The notes under the pieces were generated by a model. That model did no database searches and was not told the origin of the DNA. It worked only from the letters and a program-made list of their open reading frames with translations. The translations under genes and the position numbers were made by a program. A stretch of DNA of 64,000 nt from Klebsormidium nitens (Eukaryota; Plantae; Klebsormidiophyceae), in the NCBI GenBank assembly GCA_000708835.1, contig DF237260.1, forward strand, positions 1 through 64,000. The letters are read 5' to 3'. Shown piece after piece: positions 1 to 10,363 of the stretch; position 1 is the first letter of the stretch, and each line of letters begins with the position of its first letter.

Positions 1-46
1 CCAAGATCAACAGCGGCGAAGCCACATCAAACGTGAGCAATTTCCA

Positions 47-1460
47 AAGTGCTGTCCCAGCCGTCCAAGCCGTCCATGAAGACGAGTTCGTGAATGAGAC
101 TTTCTCTAGATGGACGGCAATCCTGTCCGTCGGAGTATTTCAGCAGCAGGTTGAGGCCGACAATAAAAGAGCAGAACGTTTGCTTCAGAAGGTCGAGTGG
201 CAGAAGCTTGAAAAATGGAGCGTCACATGCTTGCAAATGATGCTCCTGGGCTCCGACACGCCTTCTGATAGAGTGGACTATTTGGACGAGGTCGATCGGA
301 ATTAAGGTCACATGGCCTTTCAGTTCCTTGTAGAATTGGTTCGCTGCGAAGGGTCCTATCGAAGGGCTTCAGATGGTGTTTTTTGAATGAAGGGCTCTAC
401 CTGCGTTGTGACGGGGCACTTAGGATGACGAGGTCAGCAAGTTACTACGAAATGAGCGCACGTCATCATCATTGATCATTGATTGCACACGTCATTAAAG
501 AGCTTGCGGCTGAGCTTGAAAAGGCCGGAGCTTGCCAGGTTGGCAAAGATTGCCACAGGTTTTATACCAACGTCGCTGATTGTGATTAATAGTGAAAAAG
601 CGTCAGATTCCAACTGAGCTACTGGTTCCAAAAGTGATGTCCAAGCTGTCTAAGGTGTCCATGAAGCGCGATCCGTAATTGAGAGTCCCGCTAGATGGAC
701 AGCAGTTCCGTTCGCGATCAGATTCAGAATAGAGACGCTGATTGAGCTACACTCGAGTAGGTTCTGGCTCACCATTGTACTTGCTCCCATCTCTCTTTCT
801 TGGTCCGCAAGACGATGGTCGTGTGCTGAATCAATCGGCTGTGAACGGTCGTCCAGCATCTCTTTGTCAAACGGAGTCTCCTCGTCGTCCAATTCAGAAG
901 ACTCGTCGTCAGCACCTTCGCAATCGTCACCGCCATCTGATGAAGTTGAGTCAGAACCGTCCGGCCCCTGCATTCAGTCGATAACGGTGTTCTGGAGGCA
1001 GCCTCGTTGGGTGTTTCTGGTCTTGTTCACATCGGAGCCGAGATTGCGGGCTGCTTTTAAAGTGCTGTCCGAGCCGTCCACGCCGTCCATCAAGGCAGCT
1101 TCGTGAATTAGTTCCCCTCTAGATGGACAGCACTCCCGTCCAAGACGGGAATCGAGATTGTGAGTTAGTGCCAAAGTGCTGTCCGAGCCGTCCACGCCGT
1201 CCACGAAGACGTATTCGTAGATGAGAGTTCCTCTACATGGACAGCACTCCTGTCCAATCCGGAATTCGAGATTGTGATCTGTTGCCGAGGTGCCGTCCGC
1301 GCCGTCCAAGCCGTCCAAGCCGTCCATGAAGATAAATCCGTAGATGAGAGTTCCTCAAGATGACAGCGTGCCTCCCGTCCACGGCGGGATTTGACAACCA
1401 TCAGGTACTCAACATGGTGTCCAGGCCGTCTATTCCGTCCTCTCTCTGTCTTGTCCATGA
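47..1460 (-). repeat. Degenerate ~114-bp repeat family (units near 47-131, 640-715, 1061-1174, 1175-1288, 1289-1385, partial 1425-1460)
   Basis: Recurring core aagtgctgtccgagccgtccacgccgtccatgaag...gagagttccctctagatggacagcactcccgtcc; unit starts 1061, 1175 and 1289 are 114 bp apart. The minus strand translates as DGxDGxDSTL...GRECCPSRGELIHE..FM in ORFs 974..1327 and 27..311. Confidence 0.85.
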
Positions 1461-2759
1461 AAAGCTCACCTTGTCGCCCGCATCGATCTCTCTTTCTTGA
1501 TTCGCAGGACCAGGATCGTGCACAGATTCGACCTGTTGAGGACAATCCTCCAGCATCTCCCGGTCCAATGTGGTCTCCTCTTCGCCCGACTCGAAAGTCT
1601 CCTCGCCAGCGCCTTGGCAATCATCACCATTCGACGATAGTGCCTGGTTTCCAGAGTTGTTCGGCTTCGGCGTTGGAGGTAGCAGATTGAAAATCGTTAC
1701 TGTGGAGATCCGAGGACTTGTTGCAGGAACTGCTGCGCTCCTCTTCAGCATCGAAGTTACGAGAGCGTAGCCAAGTGCTTGTAAGATCACGGCAGAGTTG
1801 CAGCCAAGGGTACTCATAGTCACCATCTCTTCCAACCACCACGTCGCGCCAGCTCTATAAGGGACTGCACACCTGCTAGAAGCGTACTTGCGAATTTTCA
1901 AGAACTCCGTACTGTGAAGCATGGCACGCGGCGTTTATTAAAAGTCAATTGTCACATGTGCTACGCTGTTTTCATTCACAACTTGCCGGATTCAAAGTTC
2001 GGCATGCATATGCGCATCTTGCGTAACGCCGCCAGAACTTACGATAGCACCCTCCGTCTCAGCCGTTTTGATGTTGATAGCCGTGGCTGCTACGCAAAGA
2101 TTAATTGCTGTCTGCTCGCTTGTTGCCCCTTCTTCGACTGCTGACTCGCCACTAAGCTTGCGCTTCCGGCCCCGGTTCTGGCCTGCTGCTTCCGCTGCTT
2201 CCTGCTTCCTGCTTCCGCTGCTTCTTATGGAGGGTGCGCCGCCATCCTGCGCCTGCATATCAAGCAACTTGTGTGAGGGTATGCAACTTGCGTGAGTGTT
2301 GCCCTCTTGAAGATTCATGACTCTATTTAGACTACCATCTTATGGAAGGAAGACCATGTCACAAAGTCCTTGAGACAGCTCCCAGCAAGTAGAATCAGGT
2401 AATCACTCTTTGGCTTGTGTTCAGGTGTGAATTCAAACAACCCCACCTGGCTGTTCCACTGCTCTGTTCCGGCTCGCAAGCGTCTCTGGAATTCTTCAAA
2501 TGGACCCTTGTAGAGAGTTTGCCTTGCAATCTCATCCGACGGGCCTTCCATCTGAAAGAGACGACGGTGAAAGTGAGAACCATGACCTGACCAGTTTGCT
2601 GCACACGAGTGTTCGAGGCGTTGCTCTTCAAAAAGACTTTGTGATGACCGTCCAGACTTAGACCTCTCAACGAAGTGAGCAGCGGAATCAATGCCCTAAA
2701 TGCCTTCAATGTCCTCCCCTTGAGTTCAGTCCGACTCTGACGGACTCTGAGTCTTTCTG
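773..2759 (-). CDS. Fragments of a multi-exon gene of unknown function (probably extends further in both directions)
   Basis: Two homologous acidic exons with canonical splice sites: 1643-1470 (ccag|GCA...AAG|gtgag) and 967-773 (gcag|GGG...ATG|gtgag). Further coding-like spliced segments lie near 2255-2110 (RGRKRK NLS-like), 2552-2447 and 2759-2586. The full model could not be resolved. Confidence 0.4.
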
Positions 2760-3573
2760 ACAGGCACCACTCAAGTCTAGGACACGGAGTTGATGACATC
2801 AGGTACACAAGTGATTGGGAAAAGTTAGGCCACAGCTTGGACACCTTGGACAGCATCATGGACAGAGAATCTGCATGGAGGACTATGTATTTGAACACAC
2901 TCCACCTGATCGGGTGCAGTGGTGCACAGTGGTGCCAATGACGTCAGCAACTCGTAAGGTAGAGGAAGCTAGCTTGGGCAGGTTGACAATCCTTACGGGC
3001 CAAACTCAAGCCCTAAGCTGGCAGAAACTTGAAGAGTGTCTGAGCAACTCACAAGACCCGTCCTTGTTGTCGAGAACCCTCTGATAACCCTTCTCCTTGT
3101 ATGCGGGCAGAATCTGCACATATAATTTCGAAAGCCCCATTGATGACAAGTTCTGGTCTTATGTGAAGCAAACTGCTTGATTTAATCCTTCCAGCCAGAT
3201 ATAATAGCAAAGAAGAAAGTTCAAACATGTGGATATCAAGCATGAAGCAGGCTGCCCAAATACTCGAGAGCAAACGTTTGCAAGATCGATAGACTTTTAT
3301 GTCAAGAATACAGGCAACAAGTCGACTATACTTGCCGTCTAGCATTCAGTGAGCCGTCTCGTATATGGGATGTCTTCAACAGGCCGACCCACACAGTCGG
3401 ACTTTGCAGACTGTGATTGATCCAATAGGATTGTCATGATGGGCGATTAGCTTACCAACTTGTCTCCAGCATTGTCCAGATGCTTTCTGAACTCCTCCTC
3501 TGCGACATCCGCGGGACGGAAAAGGTTTGAAGTCAACAAAGTTTGTTGACAAACGTCAGGCTGAGTACAGCTA

Positions 3574-3849
3574 TTTGCGACCAGGCTGCTTAGTACTTAC
3601 GCTAGTAGAGGAAGCTTAAAAAGTGAAACGACTTACATTGAAGCTTACTTAACTCTAAGAATACCTAAAGCTTAAAAAGTGAAACGACTTACATTGAAGC
3701 TTACTTGACTCTAAGAATAGCTAAAGCTTAAAAAGTGAAACGACTTACATTGAAGCTTACTTAACTCTAAGAATACCTGAATACAGCCTCCAACTCCAAG
3801 AAACTTTTTGAACTTCTTTCACTTTCTGATCAGATCGCCTGGTCGCAAA
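3574..3849. mobile_element. 276-bp MITE/foldback-like element with 13-bp perfect terminal inverted repeats and an internal tandem array
   Basis: tttgcgaccaggc (3574-3586) is the exact reverse complement of gcctggtcgcaaa (3837-3849), and the pair encloses a 3x56-bp array. No clear target-site duplication was seen. Confidence 0.4.
3612..3778. repeat. Tandem repeat, 56 bp x3, near-perfect
   Basis: aagcttaaaaagtgaaacgacttacattgaagcttacttaactctaagaataccta starts at 3612, 3668 and 3724; the middle copy has 2 substitutions. Confidence 0.97.
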
Positions 3850-5091
3850 GAGTTCTGGCATTACATGACAGCAAACAGGCAGACACCAGTACCCTTTCTG
3901 CGTAACTTTCCGCGAGACCACGAAAGCTCTAGGGGGGGCTCTAAGAGAAGCCTTCCGTGCTGAAAGTGCAACAGATCAGCGATGATGTGCACGGCTCTCC
4001 ATGTTTTGCTGTCACTAAGTAATCACATGCTGCATGCATCCTAGGGATGCGAGCATCCAACAACTGTCAGCGGGCTTTCAGCACAAATTTGCTATAGCAA
4101 CCCTGTTGCATACCAGCTTCGAAGGAGAGTCCAAGCTTGAACTCATGCATGCTTGCTAAGGCTCAAGATGACTCTGGTGATCAGGGTTGACAGACCCGAC
4201 AACAACTTGGACTCCGCCTGTATTGAGTCTGCAGCCAGCTCGAGCTCTTCATGATCAATTGACAGTCCAAAGACGACTCTGCAAGGGACGCACTCACCTG
4301 GGTTCCCAACCTAGGCGCAGGCGGCCTGAGGCTATGGCAGGGCTCCTGGCATCCTGGGCCTTGCTGCCAATCAGCTTGATGGAAAGAAGGGAGTCACGCC
4401 ACGCGCAGCCCAAGATGGCAGCTTCCGCTCAGGTCGCCAGCCTGTCTCCAGCTGCGCCGATCACACGCAGACTGTGTGCTTACAGAGACTGGAAAGCGCT
4501 GGGTCTTCTTGAAGTCAAAGCTGAGATGCGCATCAGAAAACGTGCTGTCATATCAAAGAGACTCAGTCTGGAGACGACGAAACTCTAAATGAAGGTAATG
4601 AGAGGTCAGTCGGAAACTTCCATTGCTCTGAACGTTCTCATGTGGGTGTCTTTTTTTTCCTAAAAGCTTCTGAAATGCTGAATCACAGAAGGATATGCTC
4701 TGAGAAGCTTCTAAGCTTCCGAATCAGTGCTGACTCAGACGGAAGCTTCCAAAACCTGCACAGTCCCTGCTGAGCTAGACTGCATGCCGGGTCGGGCCCG
4801 CCTTTTTCATATTCAGCAACTTCCTAAAGCTTTATCGACGGTGACGTATCCTTTTCGTTTTCCACGTGGCACGATCGGGGGGCCAAGCCAGTCAGTGACC
4901 GGACCATAGCCTGCAAAAGTGACAAGTCCGATCGCGCCGCGCGCGACTCAGTGAAACATGCGCGCGCTGCTCGCGATCGGACGGCACTTCTTGTTCGGAC
5001 GGCAAAAACTGATTTGATAACTGCGATCAGGTTAGCGGACGCCGGGTTTTGTAGACCTGCAGTACTAACTAGCAATCGACCTGTGGCTCTC

Positions 5092-5165
5092 GGGGCGACC
5101 TTGGCAGCGAGCCTCGCCGAAAGGGGGGGACACGTGGCGCTCTGTGGCTGGCCGTTTTTGTGCTG
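5092..5165. promoter_or_regulatory. G-box/ABRE-containing segment, diverged direct repeat of 10280-10363
   Basis: ggggcgacc...gaaaggggggg(a/g)cacgtggcg...ggctgg...ttt(t/a)tgctg occurs at both sites; CACGTGGC at 5131 and 10328. Confidence 0.45.
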
Positions 5166-6035
5166 ATGGTATATTTAGTTGGGTTCTCGAGGTGTAAAGT
5201 GCGCACGCTGACGCACGATGACATCCGAGATGCGCTGTACTTTCATCCTCCGAGAATCAGGTGTTCAGCATCCGCCGGAAGGCAAGAAGCATCTTTCCGA
5301 TGAGAGACTGAGAGACGGAGGGGAGAATGATGGATGCTGATGTTCTGGCATCGCCGGACTACGCTTGCATGTTATATTGAGATGGATTGTGGTGGAAGTT
5401 GACGGCCATGATGCAGGAGTGTTGCCCAGACTTTGCGCGTGCATTCCAAGCGTTCGGACATGTTCAAAGCCTACCCTTTATAACAGAGAAGGAGATGTTG
5501 AAGCAGCCACTCATGCAGGCCAGCAGCAACAGAATTGCATGGTCGTTTTCAGACCTTTGAGTTGACGTTGATTACACATTGATGTCCTAAGTTTACGAGG
5601 GAAGCAAACGATAGCAGCATCGACTGAAGGTCCGCCTACAATGTGAGGTCGATAGGCTTCTCGCGCTCGTAGGTATTCAAACAGATCCATACAATACAAT
5701 TGCATTCACTTGGAACATTTGATATCCCGCTTAAAAGCGTGATTGCGGAAAGTTGTATGGGAAAGCACACGCTTGTGTCCTGCGAATTCCAGGTTTCACT
5801 CAAGCACTCGGGCATTATGTACCACCAAGACATCCATACACTAGAGACGTGGTTCTCTTTGATTCAGCACGGCCGATTTTTAGAGACGTTAATGTTGTTG
5901 AAAGAGCAACGGAGGAATAAAGCTCAGCTACAAGCTTGAGCTCTTGCTGAGGCTTTGGTCCTCCACAGCCGACTAGCATTCTGCCACGTCTCTTGCACGA
6001 TCTACTTCTATCTGGACACATTGCACGATCCACTT

Positions 6036-9000
6036 CTATCTAGACACGTCGTCAGGCAAATCATCATCGGACAGCTCTTTGTTAGGCAACACTAACATTT
6101 TCTCGGGGATGCGCGGAACCTCGTCCCCTGCATCAGGCAGCTTCAGGCGAACCACCCATTGCTTGATGCTCTTCAGCTCGGGAGGAATCTCGTTCTCCGG
6201 GAGAGCGCCTTTTGTCATGACCGTCTCCCCATCCCCCCCTTTCCTTTTTGGACCGGTCCATGGCTGCCAACCATAGTTGTCAAACTTCTCTCCTGGAACC
6301 GCAAGGACCACTCGAAGCCGCTTTCTACCGATCCGTTTCAGAAGGTCCAGCATTCCTTGCGCGCTGATCCCATGCCCGGGGTTGCGCGTGAACTGGACAG
6401 CATATATCCAATTGCCACCTGGGCAGAGTAGCCCATCCCACGATTCTTGATCTCTTGTGGTTGGCCGGACGTACGTGTGTTTCAGATTCGCCGGATTGAT
6501 CCCCTCCTCCTTGCTGTCGGACACAAAATCCTTGCAGCTCCGGAACGCCTCCTTGATCTCTTCAACCGCTTCCTCCCGCTTTCCCGACTGACCCGGGTCA
6601 CTCTCGGACACGTCCCCGCCCTCCCTCCTTCCCTCCTTCGCTCCCTCCTGCTTCCGAGGCCGGCCGCGCCGCTTTCGGAACACCTCCTTGATGTCGTCGT
6701 CGTCCAGGTCTGCGCCCAGGACGCACCTCACATGCCCATACGCCTCCAACGAGGACCCTGACATTTCGCCGACCCTAGGGTTGCTGGCAGCCGCGTGCAG
6801 CAGGTCCACTAGGTCCTGCCATCGGCCCTCCTTGGCTCTTTGAAAGACGAGGTCCCCGATGCGCGGCGAACCGAGGCGGAACCCATCAAACTCCAGATCT
6901 TGCGTAGCCTACATAGACAGATTGGAACGGAAGTCAGCGTTGATTGTCCCTCTGTAAGTGCGTGGATGCCGTCGTATACATGCCAGAGACCTATGAGAGC
7001 CAGGCACAGCGCCACCTGCCTTCGCACTGCAAATATGCATGCCATCCAAGGTAAAGGCACGAGCACTACGAAGACCGAGCCGAATTCTGAATGGTCGGCT
7101 ATCAGTCGAGCCTCCTTTGCCTCAAGCTGACTCACTTCAATGTGCGCAAATGCATGCCGTATGGCGCTTTTTAAAGCTGCTGCGCCAAGGCGATACAGGT
7201 CCACCGCCTCCAAAGCTGAGAGCGACCTCGCAAGACGCTCAAAGGATCGGCCGGGGTCCGCCAAGACGCTCCTGACGACCCCGCCAAACTGCTCGAAGCG
7301 ATCCTCCGTCTGCTTTTGCGACACGTGAGGGTAGAAGCGCTGCCGGCAGTCCAGCAACTCATCTAGCGTCCACACAGGGAGCCACCAGACTTCAGCATGC
7401 CTGCGACATTAGGCCAGATTATGAGCAGGTCACAGAAGCAAAGTGCCTGCTGTGGCAAGAGCGAGGGGTCAGACGGGGTGAAGTCTGTTTATGCCCAATG
7501 ACTTGATGAGGAAGACGCAGTTGTAGGACAGCGAAAGGCTAAGTAATCAGAAACCTGAGAGGATTCAGGGACACCCTGCCAAAACTGCAACGTCAGAGAC
7601 ATACAGCCAGAATTCAATCGACCCATAACAGAACAGCATAAGATGAAGGAACGAGCAGCAAGCAAACTTCGATTTGCGCAATGCGAGCTCATGCAAGAAC
7701 CAAGGGCCTTGGCCAACTTGAGGTCCAAGATCACGCCAACCATGAAGAAGTTACTTTGGAGCGTCTGTTGACATTGGTCCAAACACTTACTTCCCCTTGA
7801 CGAACTCCATGTAATTGTCAGAATTGGGCGAGCACAGCACCACCCAGCGACCGTAACCAGGGAACTGCGTTTCACGGGGAGCTCGTCCATCTTGTACTAG
7901 CCAGACAGAAGAGCGCTTGCAGAGAGCTGTAGCCAGAGAGGACAATCATTGCTATCTCTGGCTAATCAGTGCTGGTGAACGCGAGCAGAGCCCGGTCACA
8001 CACCACTTCGTCAATAGCCAAGACCCAGAGAGAGTGCGTTTTTTTAGGTGATTACACGGTCACCTGGTTTCAAAAGCGAAGTGTGTTCCCATCGAGCATC
8101 AACCAACATGAGCCCTTTACAATGATCTGAAGCCAGAAGCCAATTACACTTGGATGCCAAACAAGGGTTTCACAGTTGCAATATCATGACACCTGTTTGC
8201 TTACCTCGAAGGGATCGCCAGTCAGCATCGCCTTCCGAGGCCTGTTTGACGTCGATCGCAGACGGATTGGAGAAATCGAAGAAGATTATGGTGTCCTTGT
8301 TGATGGTGTCCATGTACCTGTGAGGCAGATTGATAAAGTTGGCACATAGGGTTGGCACAGAACAAGGAAGCATCTCTCTTGTTGAGGAAGGCCTTGTTAG
8401 AAGCAACGTGCTCAGCGACACAAGTTAGAGCACGCAGTTACAGATTTGGCCAGCCAAGAGAGGTGTAAGTGTACCTGTAGGCCACCTGTGCCCCCTGCTC
8501 TGCCAGGTGGTGCAGTAGGAGGACAGCAATGGCAGACTTTCCGATGCCCGGGGTGCCACTCAGGACAACCGCAAAGTCGTCCCCAAGAGCCTCGAGCTTC
8601 TTCAGCACCATGCAGTAGCACTCCCGAATTAGAATGCTATCCCTCAGGCCTGGCGGCAGTCCCTCCCGAAGCTCGGGCGGAATCTGGATGATTCCACTGG
8701 CAGTGTCCGTTTGCGCAATGAACTCAGCGTACTTCTGGAGCCTCTCTGAAACAAAAAGCAAGACATAAGTGTGGTAGGGGCTGACCACCGGCAGATCAGA
8801 CACTCTCGTGCGGATGCAAGAAACGCCACACCGGCCTCCCACACAGCAGACTTTGTGGTGGGCACTACCCAGTGGCAGAACCTAGATTGTGCAAATGCAG
8901 AAACTCTACACCAGTCAAACAGCACCTGAAACAGCGATCAAGCAGACGACTATGCTCACAGGTGCGCTCAAGTGCTTTCAGCACACCACGCCAACAGGTG

Positions 9001-10019
9001 GAGACAGGTACGAAGACTTACCCAAGACTGCAGGGTCTGGAACCCCCGCCGCTGCACGCGACAGAAGCTATCTGTCAGCACTCCACACGCAGTCACTGGA
9101 TAAGCCAACTGCAAATGCTAAGCAGGCGATGGGATTGAAAGTAGTTTCTCTGCACCGCAAAACCTTTCCGCCTGCAGGTTGCCATGACCCACTGAGCAAC
9201 ATACCAACCTCAGGCAGACTTAAACACAAAAATCCTTCTAAAGCAGCAACCATCGAGGAAGATTGCCATGGCTCATTGAGCAGGCACCTGAACACCTGAA
9301 CTGCAGGCAAAGACAGATAGAAAACCCTCAATGCGGTGTGCCCTACCACTCTCTTTGAAACACATCGACAAGCAGCAGGGGAATTGCCTGCAGCAAAACA
9401 TTGGCAGCAGAACGCCGATCATGGTCTTTCCCCATCTGTGCGCTGGTTTGCTGGGCGCTCCAAGGAGACCGCTCTCCACGCGTCAGACGACGGGAAACGT
9501 ACCTGGTGTCTGTTGCAGCTTCAGTTTCTCCACCTCCGCCTGCGCAAGCGCGGTCAGTCGCTGCTCCAGCGCGGCCTCCTTCTGCCGCAGCGCGGCCAGT
9601 CTCTGCTCCAACGCCACCAGTCTTTGCTCCAACAACTCCGTTCTCTTGCCTGCAGCCGCAGCAGTGTCGATCTGGTTCTCCAAGCGCTCAATCCTGTTCT
9701 CCGCACGCTGGATACTCGACTTGAGGGCCTGTGCCTCGTCCTTGACCTGTTCAGCCTGAGGCACACTATCAAATCCGTTGGAACTTCCGGTAGACTCTGC
9801 TTGCCCCTGGGGAATCTTCGCCCTCGGGAAGAAGCGCCTCAGTCCTGAGCCCACCCTGTCCTCGGAATGGGACCTGCCCAGCCTCGATCCTTCAAACAGA
9901 GGGTGAGGAAGTGTCCTCAAAGGGAACAGCTGGTTCGCCGCAGGGGCAATGTCTGCCTGCCTGCGCAAACATATTGTTCTCGCCCCAGCCACTTGAAAGA
10001 GCACTGCGGCAGACGCCAT
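6036..10019 (-). CDS. Crinkler (CRN)/RHS-type protein: transit-peptide-like N-terminus, coiled coil, P-loop NTPase, AT-hook, C-terminal REase-fold domain; multi-exon
   Basis: Exon 10019-9503 (ATG to coiled coil ...LEQRLVALEQRLAALRQKE, donor ccag|gtacgt). Exon 8745-8475 has Walker A VVLSGTPGIGKS. Exon 7400-7136 reads WWLPVWTLDELLDCRQRFY...EDRFEQFGGVVRSVL, typical of the CRN NTPase C-terminal part. Last exon 6908-6036 has G..LEAYGH and WDGLL...YAVQFTRNPGHGI...VVLAVPGEKFDNY (D...QxT...H REase-like). Small middle exons were only partly resolved. Family assignment is from motif recall. Confidence 0.75.
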
Positions 10020-10279
10020 TAACCTCACTAGTGACGTTCCGCAGAGACCAGTGAATGCGGCGCCAAAGCCATTCCACACTGCCACTCAGGCGTGGCACTC
10101 GACTTCGATCACGCAGAAGCTGAGGCCCGATGGTTTAGGGTTTTAGGAAACTTCATAAGATAGACAAACCAAAAAAGCGCTACCTGTCTCCCCTTTAGGC
10201 AAAATTCGCTTCTTTTTCGTTTCGGACGCGTTTTTACGGTTCAGGGCAACCCCCCCCGGGCCCCGGGGCCGGCGAGCCT

Positions 10280-10363
10280 GGGGCGACCAGGTTGCGGAGG
10301 CGAAGCCTTCCAAGCGGAAAGGGGGGGCACGTGGCGGCAGGAGAGCGGCTGGATTTTATGCTG
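10280..10363. promoter_or_regulatory. G-box/ABRE segment in the divergent CRN / RLK-1 intergenic region
   Basis: CACGTGGC at 10328; similar to 5092-5165. A telo-box-like tttagggttttagg lies at 10134-10146. Confidence 0.4.

Noticed and set aside
3612-3778. Possible CRISPR array
   Set aside because: The repeats are contiguous with no unique spacers, the context is eukaryotic, and there are no cas genes.
4689-4854. U12-type 5' splice-site words: ATATCCTT on the minus strand (4696-4689) and GTATCCTTT on the plus strand (4846), tempting because a U11-48K gene is in the window
   Set aside because: No TCCTTAAC-like branch point or coding exon pair supports either. Similar words at 12646 and 48645 are also unused.
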